Positions 42,327 through 57,360 of a stretch of 64,000 nucleotides of DNA are shown in pieces (the stretch's first letter is position 1; each line of letters begins with the position of its first letter). The position numbers and the translations under genes are program-made. Under the pieces are notes generated by a model, which saw only the letters and a program-made list of their open reading frames with translations, was not told the origin of the DNA and searched no databases. Source of the DNA: Eledone cirrhosa (Eukaryota); the NCBI GenBank assembly GCA_964016885.1, contig OZ024745.1, forward strand, positions 116,064,001 through 116,128,000. The letters run 5' to 3'.

Positions 42327-42921
42327 TCAGTAAGTTACCAAAGTTAGGTTGCACCACCCATTTTATCACAGTTCTTTTTTGTCTGCAAGGCACTGGGTTA
42401 ATGAATTGCAGACCTGGACTGCCGAAGCACGAGCTGCGCCAGCAGTGACAATTGTAGTTTCGCCTATGGATATTATCTCTGTGCAAAGAAGTGTTAAAAT
42501 GTATTGTTTCACAGTACTTGCGCAACACGCGCGTAGACGATGCCAGCCGAACAACAGAGCTGCAATGGAATTTTTCTCCATGGTTGTCTGATGTGTGTTT
42601 TCTAAATTTAAGACAGTAGGGAGGGGTGTGATATGGGGGAGAGTTAGCTGCTGTTTCTAGCAGGTTTAGTGACCTCATAGAGGATATTATTGTGTATAGT
42701 AAATAAACTGATACTTCTTTCTTCCGTGTTCGTTGAGAGATGTTTTAAAAAAGATTCATCGCTATTTTTGTTGTTGAATAAATTTATCTGTTGCTTTTGA
42801 ATAATTGTTGTTTCGTATGAAATGTAATAAGTACTCTTCGTTGTCATTGAAGTAAATAAATGTTTGACCGTTCCACACTCAAAAACAAACGTTCTCTCTA
42901 TCTCTCTCTCTCTTTCTCACT

Positions 42922-42953
<32 letters not shown>

Positions 42954-43461
42954 CTTCATTTCTTTCTCTCTTCTTTCTTCGAAGTTTATAAGTTTGAGCG
43001 TATATAAGAGAAAGTTGCAGCATGTATGTAGTTTTATTGAATTTTAAGGTGAGTAGAGAGATGCAATGATATTGTATTAGAGGTGTAAAGCGTCATCTAT
43101 TTAGTTTTATCGATTATTTCCGTAAATGTGGGTGAGTTTGAAATAAATAAATAGTTGTTGAATTTATTTAGACCATTTACAACATTCGTACAGATTTTGA
43201 GTCGAATTGGTTTGAAATTGTGCAAATGTATAAACATGCAATATGCACACACACACACAACAACAATCTGCCTTTTATAGATAATAATTTTAATTTTAAC
43301 TTTAATTTTGTCCTTTAATATGACTGTAATCTTTGTATGTAAATTGCCATGCTATATTATTATAATGGATATCAACCCACTATGGGTCAATATATACATA
43401 TGTTTCTATATGTCTCTTGTGTTGAAAGGGAGGTCAAGTATGTAAAAAAATCACTGAATAA

Positions 43462-43510
43462 TTGCTCCGAAGACTCCAAACCTCGGTTTGGAAGAAACAA
43501 TTGTAAGCAA
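43462..43510 (+). ncRNA. Minimal type I hammerhead-like motif, family E (CCGAAGA core)
   Basis: TTGCT-CCGAAGA-c TCCAAACC tc GGTTTGGA a-GAAA-C aatt G-TA-AGCAA. The upstream 60 nt match 20858-20916. Confidence 0.7.
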
Positions 43511-43561
43511 ATAAATGATTTAAACAGAACTTTGATTCATGTAATTTCTATATATATATAC

Positions 43562-43623
<62 letters not shown>

Positions 43624-43913
43624 ATACATATACATATATATATATATATGTATACATATATATATATATGTGTGTGTGTGCGTGTATGTATATATATATA
43701 CATATATACATTTATATATTGAATTACAGAAAATAGTCAAATAAGAGAGCATATTAACCCCTTGAACTGAACAGAAGGGAATCAGCTAACACCTTTTGTC
43801 CGTTTATGTGTATATATTATCTGTTTACATGTTTATGTTCTTAGATTCTTTGAGTAATCAAAAATACGGCGATATCTTATAATTCAATTTTCCTCTTTCA
43901 CTCGCTGTCTTCT

Positions 43914-43959
<46 letters not shown>

Positions 43960-44149
43960 GCACATATATACACACACATATATATATACATGCATATACA
44001 TGAATATATATAGTCTTAGAAAATGTTGAAATCTTGAACAACGTAATTCGACAGTAACAGTCGAACGCTATAAAAGATTTCTTCGAAAATCAGTTAAGAT
44101 AGACTTACAGACGGTAAACGTGGCCAACAACAGTTATATATATACATCC

Positions 44150-44195
<46 letters not shown>

Positions 44196-44202
44196 TATAT
44201 AT

Positions 44203-44405
44203 AGGAACAAGTAAGACCCCGACGGCTGAGCTCAAGCCGTTTCGACGGCTGATTCTGTACGAATTGAGTACAGAATTAGCCGTCGAAACGGCTTGAGCTC
44301 AGCCGTCGGCGTCTTACTTGTTCCTATTACCCACTCTAATACCCTAAGTATTGAGTACTGTGATGCGTTATGGTCCACCTGGTTCCTTACCACATTTCCT
44401 TCGTT
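44203..44405. mobile_element. Family D fold-back unit
   Basis: Palindrome 44203-44326 centred at about 44264, followed by the TATTGAGTAC tail. Confidence 0.8.
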
Positions 44406-44889
44406 ATATATATATTTGAACGCATTACGATTTGAACGCATTCATGTATATGTCTGTGTTCGTTTTTCTTTTTTGTTCAGTTATACTATACGGCTCGGAA
44501 AAAAACTTTTTCCTAGAGCTAATTTTACTGTAATGCTACTATTTTGAGTTTCCAACTCAATACATGCTTTTGATATATTCATATATATATATACATCCAT
44601 ATATATATACATCTATATACATCTATATATACGGCCCTCTTATTTTTAAAAATGTGTTGGATTTGCCTTGCTTGAATTTTCTGTCATATTTAACTGTTTT
44701 AGTCTATCAATCTTTGAACGCTTTTTCAGTAGTCGTGTTCACTTAATGCTTTTCTGATAATTAAAATATCGTCTGTTTAAAGAAAGCTCGAATATATTGA
44801 AGTATAAACAACTTGTAGTTTTGAAATCATATTCACTGCGAAATCACTGAAAATTTATTTTTTTATAATTATTAAACTATTTTCATCAT

Positions 44890-45757
44890 TCGAGAAATAT
44901 TTTTATGTCGATTTACGTGAAACCTGTTTTATCCCCATTTCAGGGCATTTTTCCATTATGCACCGTTTTGTCTATTTACGAAGGTATCCTACACACACAC
45001 ACATATATATATATATATGTCTCTAACTTAAGTACTGTTACACACACATACACACACACACATGTCTCTAAGTACGTAAACACATGCACTGGCACACATA
45101 CACATACACACGGTGGCAGTATAACTGTGAAAGAGAGAGAAAGAAATAACGTTATGGATAGGAGGAGAGTTAAAATAAATAAAAGTTAAGGACGCTGCCT
45201 CTTTCCCTATCTGTAATCCCCCTCTCTCTCTCATACCCTCACTCTCTCTCTTTCTCTCTCTCACCCATCTCTCTCTCTTCTCTCTCTCACCCCCTCTCTG
45301 TCTCTCTTACCTACAGAATGGACAACCAAAAAACAAACGGATTATTTCTTTCGATATTCATTATAAAATAAGATAAATTGAATTTAAATGAATTCCTTGC
45401 TATTTTTGGAAAATTGAAAATATTGTCCATGTTCGATTTACGCCAAACTTGTTTTATTCAGAGTATTTTCTCATTATGCAATGTTTTGGCTATTTACGAA
45501 GTTTTGCGGGTTATGTTAATTTCGAGGTATTTTCCCAGTAGGCACCGTTGTGGCTATTTACGAAGGTACCCCCAAAACTGGCAAATCTCGCGAACCCTGG
45601 GTCAGATTTTCGCGAAACTTGTTTTATTCAATTTGTATTCCCATTTCAGAGGCAACTTGCTTTCTAAGTATTTACCAATTATGCGCCCTTTTGGCTGTAT
45701 TACATACCAGACAAGCAAGCAAACACGCAAGATCAGAGTTTTAGTAGTATATAGATA
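44890..45757 (+). mobile_element. Possible non-autonomous Helitron/Helentron-like element with internal sub-repeats
   Basis: Repeated (g/t)ctatttacgaag and cgatttacg..aa.ctgtttt blocks at 44905-44990, 45430-45505 and 45550-45640. Ends in ttttagtagtatatagat. Confidence 0.4.
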
Positions 45758-46441
45758 AATAAGTGAATAGACTTAGACTATTTATAGCTTGATGTCCCAA
45801 TCTATCAAAGTATCATCCTAAGAATAGTCTGTTTATCTGTAAATGTCTATAGAGAAATACAGGTTTCAAACTGAATGAGTTAGAACTCTTCATAACTGAA
45901 AACTCTTCCATTCGGTTGTAATGATGTGTATAATATGAATGTAATCTGACGAATGATGGATGCTGGCAGATTTAATGTTGGTATATATATTGCAAGAAGA
46001 CTGAAAACCTACAAGCTTAACCACCACGAACTAGTGATTTATACAATTAACATAAACTAGATAAACACAACTATTTGTATGAATGAGACAATTTCATTCT
46101 CCAAGGAGAAAACGAAGTGCATTTGCTGGAATTTAATCTAATATGATACGGACAGGGATATCAAATTACTCTCACGTGGTCTACGTGTCACAAAGTACAA
46201 GTATAATACACAAATATTATTTGATGTATCATACCGAGGGAAATATCTCGAAGTATTACATTATACATACTTCAATCTCACATATCAGGTTATATGGTAT
46301 ATTTAGAACAGAATTTGATCGAATGTTTATATTCATTATTCATTCGTACAATGGTTGTGTTTTTTTTTATCAACATCTCATGAACATTCGGATAACAGAT
46401 GCATCCAAAGACACAATTAGCATATACATGGACGCAGAATT

Positions 46442-46538
<97 letters not shown>

Positions 46539-46680
46539 AGTTGACGGACCCAGCATATTTAACAATGCCAGGACCGGTTGTATTTCAGCGTACTCAATAG
46601 ATAATGTAGAATACATTCCAGAGTATATACATAGTTATTCGCTTCAATACAACACACGTAAACGGGTGCCTATATTAGTT

Positions 46681-46793
46681 CCCGGACTCGAGTTTCGGCC
46701 ACACTTAATGCAGCAGTAGGGGGCTCTGCACCCTCTGACTGCATATATTATGCAACAATGCATAATCGGCGCATGTGGATTTTCATCAGCGGG
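46681..46793 (-). ncRNA. Type I hammerhead motif with an 86-nt stem II insert (family I)
   Basis: CCCG-CTGATGA-[86 nt closed by CCACAT/GTGTGG]-GAAA-C tcga G-TC-CGGG. The unit 46535-46845 is flanked by (TA)n. Confidence 0.72.
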
Positions 46794-46842
46794 TATCGCC
46801 TAATCAATAATCAATCGATCGACAGAATTCAACTCCGGTCCA

Positions 46843-46916
<74 letters not shown>

Positions 46917-47004
46917 AATATATATTGTAACTCCAAATTAATTTTGACTAAATTTAAAAAGTAAGGTGACTCATGAATGTTCTCATATATGGTTTACTCG
47001 TAAA

Positions 47005-47155
47005 TATTGGTTTTTGATTTAGGCACAAGGCTAACAATTTTTTTTTTGGGGGGGGGGGCAAGTCGAATAAATCAACCCCAATGCATTACTGGTACTTTAT
47101 GTTATCGACCACGTAAAGATGAGAGGCAAAGCTAACCTCGACAGGATTTGAACTC
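47005..47155 (-). mobile_element. Family A SINE (long subfamily), 5'-truncated
   Basis: Tail, insert and B box are present. The A box is missing. Confidence 0.8.
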
Positions 47156-47314
47156 CTTAAAATGCTTATTGTTTTAAGATGATTTCTTACAAAATGCATT
47201 TTAATATATAGAGTATGAAATGCAAATTATATATCGTTCTGCTGGACATGAAAGGTTAAATGCAACTTATGTTCTGTTACCAACAAACGTTTTGTTAACG
47301 TTTGCAATATAGAT

Positions 47315-47480
47315 AGGCAACGAATTGCCAGAGTCGTTAAGACGTCGGATAGAATGCTTTAAAATATTCGTCCCACCTCATTGCGTGGTCTGAGTTCAAA
47401 TATCCTGCCGGGATCAACTTTGCCTAAAAAGTACCAGTCCAGTTGATAAAATAAGTACCAGTCCAGTACTGGGGTCAATT
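47315..47480 (+). mobile_element. Old diverged family A-related SINE
   Basis: gaattgccagagtcgttaag...ctgagttcaaat...caactttgcct...aataagtaccag. Confidence 0.65.
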
Positions 47481-48414
47481 CTTCCTCCATAGAAAAATCG
47501 GCTGTGTTTAGACCTAGTGAGTGTTTGTCTCCACCAGGTTTAAAACTTCCCAAGACACACCATATGACGGTGCCTCTACGACTCCACAAGGGAATTATGG
47601 GATCTTTATCCTTTTGCTATATAGACTTGAATAACATTCTTGTAGTTATATAATTGTATAATGAACAGGTAATATCCACTCTCTCGCTTTTCAATATTTT
47701 TCAAAGCATCCGTATCAATATAAAGCTAGAAATAAACTTGTATATGATGACCAGTCAGTGATATGTACACTCTAAATAACGTTATTAGTAACTCTTTCCT
47801 AACAGGATCGACACCTATTCATGTTCAAGTTATTCTGCCACAGCCAACACAAATTCCCTATATAGTCAGATAAACAGTAATATATCATCATAAGATTAAT
47901 TAGTTGTAACAAATTTACATAATTATATGGATTACCTCCACCTAATTTAAGAAGTCTAATGGTAATTTGATATCGGCATATATAGATGGAGAAATTGATT
48001 ATTTAATATAAATTTTACTAAGGACCACAAAACATCTAACATCGTCACTCAACCAGAGTGAAATCGAAAAACAAACAAACACACCATGATTAATATTTTC
48101 TTTTTTACATTTCTAGGTAAAGTAATTCAGTTGAATATGACTTTTGATTTGCCTTCTCACATTCACTGGGGATTCGATATCCATTCCGATTATGTGACAT
48201 CTGAAACAATGTTTAGAGATTAATGTACACATTAACTGTGGTTCTACATTATATGCATGTGGGACCCAATTTGCTCACTGTACAGAGATATGGGGAGGGC
48301 GAGAGAAATGGGGGCGATGACGGTGGGAGTTTGGTCAGCTGATTTCTTCCAGAGAAGGACAGAAAGAGTGAGAAAGAGACATAGAGGATGAACCTATTTC
48401 AGTATTAGTCTGGA

Positions 48415-48550
48415 ACTTTTTTTTATCGACATCGAATGGATGAAAGGCAAAGTTGATTACGGTGGGATTTGAACTCAGAGAGCAGGTTGGGGAAATGAAC
48501 ACTGCAAAGCATTCTACCCGACGTTCTAACAACTCTGCTAATTCGCCACC
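48415..48550 (-). mobile_element. Old diverged family A-related SINE
   Basis: ttatcgac..ggatgaaaggcaaagttga..ggatttgaactcag..ctgctaattcgcc. Confidence 0.72.
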
Positions 48551-49469
48551 TCTCAATGATATTTAAATTTATGTAAATATAGTTAATGTCTTTTCATGAG
48601 AAATATAAGCATTGAACAACCAATAGACATTCGATCTCTATAAGTCGATATGCACTGTTATTAATTTTTATGGATATACTATGAATTTCATAAGGAACCA
48701 ACTTACAGTAATGTTTTATGCTTTAATCTATTGTTTTGATTTCGTAAGTGATCCACATCTTAGAAATACTTTGATTGTAAACATTTTCTTTTCAGGTACA
48801 CTCTATGTATATATACATATTGATGAAGTAGATATTCGATCGCGAGCTCGAACGCTTTCATCTTGTATATACCTGAAGCTCCATCAGGGTTATTGCTCAT
48901 TCGGGAATAAAAAAAATCCCGTATAAATTAAGGTAATTTTGAGAGGGGGGGAGGGGTGAATAATTAGGAAACATAATCAGATTACAAGGCAACGGGGAAA
49001 CAGAGCGAGAAGTATACTGTCAGATGTTGGCTATAGTTTGACAGCAAATGGAAGAGGAAGGGGGAGAGAGCGAGTGTTTGACGATAGAGTTAACTGACAC
49101 AGGCGTCACGCACACACACGTATACCTACCTACGCTCGGGCACATACATATACATCTAGTTATAGGAATGCGATGATATATACACTAATACATCTAGAGA
49201 GATGAATGGTGACAGATGTCTAAACAACAAAAAAAAACAATGAATAAAAGCGCAAAGTTGAATGTGTATTTGTGTGCAAATATATAAAAATGGTGGTCAG
49301 AATTTTGTATGAAACTGGCTTTTGTGAGTGGCTGATATGTATGTGTTTGTGTATATTTATGGGTATGTTTCTATGCATATGATTGTGTGTATATGAGTGT
49401 GTTGCCGTTTTGAATTCCTTTCTGCGATTGAACTTAAATTGACCCCTGGCGATTAAAGGCCCAACCACA

Positions 49470-49536
<67 letters not shown>

Positions 49537-49897
49537 TTGTGTTAGGTTTTGTACCCATTTGAACTGCGGCCATTCACCAGATAACAAAATTAAATTTTGA
49601 ATTTGTTTTAATTATAAAATTACACCTCAGCTAAAAACACTTTTTTGGGGGCTTTGGAAATTAAGACAATATTAAATTACTTTTGCACGAATACCTAAGT
49701 GTCATCTTTCTATGTAAGATGAATTCAGTATCTTATTTGAATTTTAATTTGACAGGGAGGGAGGCAGGGCGGAGGGGGCATTGACAAAAATGTTTGGGCC
49801 CAAAGTGGGCGCTGGCTGAAAATATGTTTAGGGAAACCCTGTGCTAGAGGCAGAGTATAAATAACAGTAACAATAACAAAGATTACAGCAATAATAG

Positions 49898-50110
49898 AAA
49901 TAATTATTTCTGATTTAGGCACAAGGCCAGCAATTTTAGGGGAAGGGAAATTCGTTTAATTCAACCTCAGTGCCTGACTGGTACGTTATTTTATCGACCC
50001 CGTAAGGATGAAAGGCAAAGCTAGCTGTGGCTGAATTTGAACTCAGAATGTAAAGGGCCGTAACTTTATGCCACGAAACAGAATGTCCGACGCTTTATCG
50101 ATTCTGCCAA
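49898..50110 (-). mobile_element. Family A SINE (long subfamily)
   Basis: Full-length diverged copy. Confidence 0.85.
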
Positions 50111-52085
50111 GTCACTGCCCAAGTAATAATAATAATAGAAATATTACTATCGATAATAATGGTTTCTTTATTAACCACAAGCGTTGACAAAGGACGGCAC
50201 AGATGGGCATTCCTGCACGTAAAGAAACAAAAACAAGAAATAATCTTAGTAACGATATTGATGGAGTGATAATCGAAGAAATATTAGAGATGAAAACACA
50301 TTGTGTCATGATTATGAGACATAATTCAACATATCCATAATAAAAAATTCTTTTATTATCCGGGAATTTAACTTTATTTGTTTTTTGCCGCAAACAACCG
50401 TAACTTCTGAAGAGATTTAAAGAGGTTGCTAGCTGAAACCACCCAAGTTCGCGGTCGAACTTCTATCTATTTGTTATAGCCACTCAGCACCTCTATGTAT
50501 CATATATATGTGTGTGAGCTATTGTGCTTCTGTGCCTGTATATTCTGATATACCTGTCTATATTCGTACGCATCACTACCATTTCTATATACGAATTCTG
50601 TCAGTATCATTTCTTCGTCAATTTTTACTGCATTATATTTTATATTTTATATGTTTCAAAATGGAGGCTCCATCGAGAGAGTAAACAATTCAAATATAAT
50701 ATAGAAATTATGCATTGTTTAATTTATTGAATTGTTGTATTCATAGCTTTCTGACTGAGGATATTTAATCTTCTCCCCTCCAGTCTCCCTCCCTATACAT
50801 ATATAGTATTTGATATTGTTCTTGATCTTCTATACACATATTGTTATATATTCTGTCACTTACACCTACGACACATTGCTCTCCATTAGTAAGTTAAAGT
50901 GCAAATTATTATTCATAAACGAAAAATACATCATCAAAATACAATACCAAATTCCCGTTCACACCTTTCCACGCACCCATAAACACAAACTCCATCACCT
51001 AATGATACGCCTATACATGCATATTATAAGGACATTATGCATCAACAAATATTTAACACTCAGCACATTCCGGTAAACAGTTCGGAACACATATTTGTAA
51101 AACATTAACATATCTTTAACTGGTTAACGAATATTCCATCGTAATCCTCATTAACGTGGACGTCTCTTTAGTCCCAATAATTGAAATATTTATTATTTAT
51201 GATTTAGTTACATTTTTATGGTCCACAGTTGTAGATAATCTAATTCATCCACTTTCTTCTTTCCCTTTATAATTCCGTTGTCTTTACAATTAGGTTTAAA
51301 GTTAATTAAAAAATAGTTTACTATTTCTATTTTATAGCTTTAGTTTCTTTAGACTAGAAACTTTTTTCACTTTTTCATTACATAAAAGTCACGATCTTGA
51401 ATAAAATTTATGTTGTGTTTCTGTTTCATGTTTTTCCAATTTCCCTTGACTACCTTCCATGCTGCAAATCTTAGAGGAATGAAAATATTTCTTGCAATGA
51501 ATTTTATGTTTTTTTTCGTCTTCAAACATAATATTATAAGTGAAATAAAAATTCTTCAAGCAAGAGTTGAAATCGTTGTAACGTAAGTCAGCGGGAGCTT
51601 AACCCGTGATTTTGAAGTACGGTATATATATTATGAATATCTTTTGAAATATCTATTTTAAGTCGTTCGGTTTACTGCAACTTAAATATGTATATTAAGG
51701 TCTTTATTTGATAGAATTGAAATAAGGTCTAATTTTAAAATGAAAAAAATATAACCCACCATACAGTGGAATAAAATAAAATGACCCTTATCATATACTA
51801 TGACTTTGATTTCTTAAAGTAATCTCACCATATGTAATTTACATAATTTTACATAACTCTGAAATATATATATGTATGACAAAAATACTGTGAAGTATCA
51901 CAACTACTTTTGTTGTTGCCATTGTCATTGCACGTATTTTACTCTGGATATACTAATAACCATATACTCTACAAAATGGAGACAGAGACATTTGTGGTGA
52001 AATAAATTTTAAGTGATATCTCAGCGTCTGGTCATACAGACCACTTTCATACAATAATTACTGGCTCAATTAGTTTAACCAATAT

Positions 52086-52408
52086 CTATCTATCTATCTA
52101 GGGCGGGTAAAATTCCCCGAGATCGATGGACGAGTTATCACCAGCGAACTCTGTCCCCCATCATCGCTGCCATGTCCTGCGTCTCCAAGAGACCGGTGTC
52201 TGTCCTTAGGGCATCAACATATGTAAACCTCGGTCTCCCTCTTCTAGTGTGTCAGTGCAAGGTCTTTCACAGTGCAGTGTCAACTCTGGATGTCGGTGAG
52301 TATGTCCAGCTAACCTCAGTCTGTTCTGTGCTACTTTCGAGCTGACTTTTGGGAAGCTCCCGTACAGCTCTGAGTTCTTCATTTTCAGTGTATACTGATT
52401 AATGTATA
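52086..52408 (-). mobile_element. 5'-truncated RTE-clade LINE with (TAGA)n tail
   Basis: Translates ELYGSFPKVSSKVAQNRLRLAGH..GRPRFTYVDALRTDTGL. 11-bp TSD TTAACCAATAT at 52075-52085 and 52409-52419. Confidence 0.85.
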
Positions 52409-53835
52409 TTAACCAATATACAAATCATTAAAACCACCAACTCCTTAGAGAGTGTAATATTCAGAATGGCAAAATTTACTTGACATTATTTCAGTTAGCT
52501 AATCAGCTATATTGACAATGGTGTGTATTAATTGACTTTTGTACTTTGTCTATAAAATAACTCATTAATTAGCATCTTGTGCTATCCATGTATCGTATAC
52601 AACACATGATGATTTAGTAGAAGAAGAGAATTTCGGTTTGAAATAGTTTCAGTATACTTACATGTATCAGAGTCTTATTAAATATCTTATCTTCAGCGCA
52701 TGAGAAAACACGTATTAAAAAGATTTTTTTAGTAAGTATAATTATAGAGGCAAAAAAAGGCAAACAAAAGCATAAATATAGCGTGAATTCTAAAATTAGA
52801 ATCAATAAGGTGCCATGTTTGGAATGTGTGAATAAAATGGCTGTCTAGAGAGAGATCGCATCTGTTTTGTTTTTTTCCTGATAAATTGAATACCAACTAA
52901 GACGAAGAAGATATACGACCAACAGAAATGGCAGATTTCTAATTAACATGTATCTATTAAAGACCGGTTGACCTTATATTCGTCTTTGAACAAATGTAAA
53001 TATTTCAAGCACGTTCTTGGAAAAAAAGAGAAAAGTACCATAGCAATTGTTAGACAAATTTAATGTGTTCAATCAGAACTAAACGACAATGTTACACAAT
53101 GAACGTTTACATATCCAAAACATGGAAAATAGTATCATGGTGTTTGATAAATAGTTAGAAACGTACAATTGAACCTTCTTAAACGGGGGGGGGGGGGAGT
53201 TGTATTCCTTTACAATATTGGTGTAGTTACACATTGTATCCCATCCTGGGACAAATAATACATGTATACTTCCCAGTAATATAGGTAAATTAATTGAAGT
53301 AGTATTACGTTTCATAGGACAAAATGTAAGCCCTTTTAAATGGTTTCGTAGGAAAACATTTAAGCCAGGTTTGCAGTTATTTGTTGTAACGCTATACATC
53401 TAATTAGTAATTTTCAACAAAGTAATTGGTTAAGAAATTTATTCGAGTGTAACTGATTTACTCCTCTAAAAGAATTTGAAGATACATTCTAACCATTTTT
53501 ATATCAAGTAGTCAATGAGGCAAGAGACTAACACCGACAGTTCATAGATTTTCCTCATTGAAATGCATGGCAACGTTTCACAAGGAACATTATTTTATTT
53601 AACAGCAATTAAATTCATTTAATTCTATATTAGGACCTAAAGCTTATCGGACCATCATTATCAATAAATTCTAACCTACTCGTTTTGCCAGTTGACATAG
53701 ACATTTTCAGGTTTTCCTTATCGTTTTATGGGCGTTACTTTTGGTAGTTTTTTCATTCGTGTCTTGGAGGGGTTTCATCAATCATGACATTGTTGTATCA
53801 GAGTAGAATGATATATCTTTACTTTATTTCATCTG

Positions 53836-53977
<142 letters not shown>

Positions 53978-54602
53978 ACAAGAACATCCCATTATTGGGA
54001 TAGGACCCAACAAAAAAGATAGCACCCGAAACACATAAAATAGTCAAAAGCAAACGACAGCCAAAATCATTTAAAACACTACTCACCAGCACCAAATGAC
54101 CCAACAGGAAAAATGTGTGGTCGCCCTAATTGCAGAACTTGCGTTAACCTCATTGCAGACAATATAAATTTAAATCAGAACAAACATTTTGAAAAACATA
54201 ATTTCACCTGTTTAACAAAAGATTTAATACATAACATCCAGGAAACTAAATTCTATTTGTGAGGTGGCTGGATAGGTAAGGATGAGATTTAATTGATGTA
54301 TAAAGTTTTTGATACATATGCTTATAGAAATTAACATTTTTGAAAACATTCGCCAGTTTTTTTTTGCCATCGTAAAGAAAGAAAAAATAGCAATTACACA
54401 AATTTGTATACAAAAAGAGACAAACACAAAACCGATAGATATACATTATATACATGGAAATCTACATGTGATTGTGGGATAATGAATGGATGATACAGTA
54501 AAGAAGAGAGGTCAGCGTTTAAATAGTCGTTACACACATGGGAAGGGATTGTCCGCTTTTCTGTTACTTTTTCCCGTTGTATTTGTCTTGTGTATCCCCG
54601 TA

Positions 54603-54780
54603 GATTGGAAGTATCGGTAATGCGACAGACGCCATGCTTTGCAGCATAGAGTTATGGCTCTTTAAGTACAAATCCCGCCGAGGTTAACTTTACCTTTCAT
54701 CCTTACAAAATCGATGAAATAAAGCACCAGTAATGCACTGGAGTAATTGCTGGCCTTGTGCCAAAAGTAGAAACAATTAT
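54603..54780 (+). mobile_element. Family A SINE (diverged short subfamily)
   Basis: Matches the consensus with mutated boxes. Confidence 0.85.
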
Positions 54781-54908
54781 CTTAAAATTCGTACTCAATA
54801 CGGTCTAAGCTACGCATGTCTTTTTAGTATCTATCTAGAAATAGACATCACATTGCACGCAGTCTATCCACCTTTCTTCCTTCATTTCCTCTTAGTAATA
54901 GTACTAAC

Positions 54909-54951
<43 letters not shown>

Positions 54952-55269
54952 ACACAGTGAATTCTAGAATATGAAAGGATCTACAATTTCTCTGGTCTTT
55001 AACTATGGCCATTTCTCTTAATAATATCTTGATCCTGTTTTTCCTCAATTCTATGAACTTACGTCAAATTTAGAAAATGTTATCTCCTTTAACGGGTGTT
55101 TGTATAATCAGTAGAACGTCGGACAACATTTTCTTGGAGAATTCGGTTCAGCATTTTTATGTTATGATTCCTAACCAGACTGTCCCAATTTGGAATTTAA
55201 TCATTATATATGAAGCATTATACCAATGCTAGGGGTTTATTATATTTTAAAGATGGAGAGCCAGTGTAA

Positions 55270-55500
55270 TCCCTCAAACAACAAGTATATTAAAGATCAA
55301 GATTTGGTTACAATTTTCTTTGAACCAGTCGACATCAAAACCTCAGGCGTTTTCGGACCCCGGACAGCTGAAATCCTCCGTAAAATCAGATCAATAGCAG
55401 CCTGTCTGAAGAAGGAACCTCGTGAGGTGGATCTTGAAGAGACTTCTGTTGATCATTGTCCGCAGAAATTGCTTGGTCATTTTGTACGTGGGGCGCAGCC
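55270..55500 (+). mobile_element. CRE-clade LINE C-terminal fragment
   Basis: KY..FFEPVDIKTSGVFGPRTAEILRKI...KKEPRE resembles the F-P-A-ET-G-WG motif after the restriction-like endonuclease of CRE elements. Confidence 0.55.
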
Positions 55501-57027
55501 AAAATACTGCTATGTCCTAGTTGTAGAGTCACCCTCTTCCCTTCCCCCTTTCTTCCTCTCCTTACCTAGTAGTCCTTGATCTTTCCCTTATTTTCTTCTC
55601 ATTTACGAGATTTATAGTCTTTTCCAATAGTACTTTCTTTTTTTCTGTATTTTTAACGAAATTATATTTGTATCAACAATAAATTTCCAGTCACATAAAT
55701 TTCACATCCCTTACGTAACTAAAACGAAAACAAATAGAATACCTTTTCGAAAAGCATAATACTTCCCACCCCCACATTTTCCGCTTATATTTGGCTGTGC
55801 ATCGTGAAAATCTTTTACTATTTTTAAGATGCCAACTCCTTCCTCTACAGATAACTCTAATATTCCCAAATGAAATATATATGTGTATTATGAAATTGTT
55901 GTATAACATTTGATCAAGCAAGTAGCTATGACATTGTAGTCCGATATCAAATTAGATTGAAAGAAATACCGTTCTATATTTAGGTGAAATTAAGTATGAA
56001 ATTAAACCTCTTTACCAATAATTTTCAATTATTAATGTAGTTATAGCAAATAACTTTAGCAACGTAATATCTTAAGATTGTTTTTAGAACGCTGTAGAGT
56101 ACAGGAAATGCCTAGCTTTTCTTTCCAAAATGGAAATGTCATTTTAGCGGTGTCCATTTCGCATAATTAATTATGTTCTTAAGGGTTAAGCCGCTAATGA
56201 TCTGGAGAAAGGAATATTCCCAAACAATATTTAATCTACAGCCTACGATGTTTAAAAATAGACAGTAGTAGTCATAGTCAATAATGGATTTTCTTATAAC
56301 GTTGCATACATTACTGTTATTCATGAGCTATCCTACTCAAATAATGAACCGAAATTGTAATGATTCCTACGAACAGCTGACGACAGATGTATGTTTCTGC
56401 TTGTCCTTTTATATTCGATTTTCCAATGTCTTTGTTTTCGTTGGGTATACTCAGATTTTAATTGATATTATATATAATTGCAATTAGTCGATTCTGATAT
56501 AAATCTGATGTACATGTATTGATAAGTTACTCCCACTCCCTCTTTCTCCGTCTTTCTCTCCCTCTCCCTCCCTCTCTCTCTATATATATATATATTCGCC
56601 TTCCACTTTACACTGTCTTCCCTTATCTATATATATTTTACTTTCTTCTGTTGGCCTTTTTCACATGTATTTTACTTTTTTCTTTCTTTACCTCCTTTAT
56701 TTACACTCACGACACTATCGTTGCTAAATAAATCACATTTCCTTTTCCTAGTCGTCAAATAAAACTCTATGAAGAACTGTTAAGGATTAATTGCTATAAG
56801 TTATTGTTATTTCTTGTCCTTTACTCCACGGACAGCGCTTTGGCTTGTGTCAGACGCTGTTACCCCGGATGAACCAGCAATACCGTCGATATTGGTCGAA
56901 TCTCCAAACGCCCATCTCGACGGCTGAAGACCTTTGAAATCTGTCCTTCGTTGGTGTTTTTATTCTTAAAAGTTTTTTTTACTTCTGCCTTGTTTTCATT
57001 CGTACCCTTCTCTTTTGTGAAAATGTG

Positions 57028-57144
<117 letters not shown>

Positions 57145-57360
57145 GAGATAGGAAGTCATCGTGTGCCAGTCTCGCTGGTAGTTTTTGTCTTTTTTACATA
57201 CAAAAACAAACATTTTCTGTTAAAAAATATATCATTGTGTAGATTGATCGCCCCGCCTGACTTCTCAGCGGGTGGGCCATTGGGTTTTTCGCCCAACCCC
57301 ACCCCTACCCTCAGGGCGAAAATTTAATTTTAAAAAATATAAGAAATTGTTTAAATAGCC

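Noticed and set aside
50402-50450. AACTT-CTGAAGA...GAAAC...AAGTT hammerhead-like motif
   Set aside because: No stem III or UH triplet, and a poor stem II.
56862-56950. Two hammerhead-like strings (CGGATGA..GAAT and CTGAAGA ccttt GAAA tctg TC)
   Set aside because: Stem II is absent or the core is mutated, stem I is weak and each is single copy. Could be chance.
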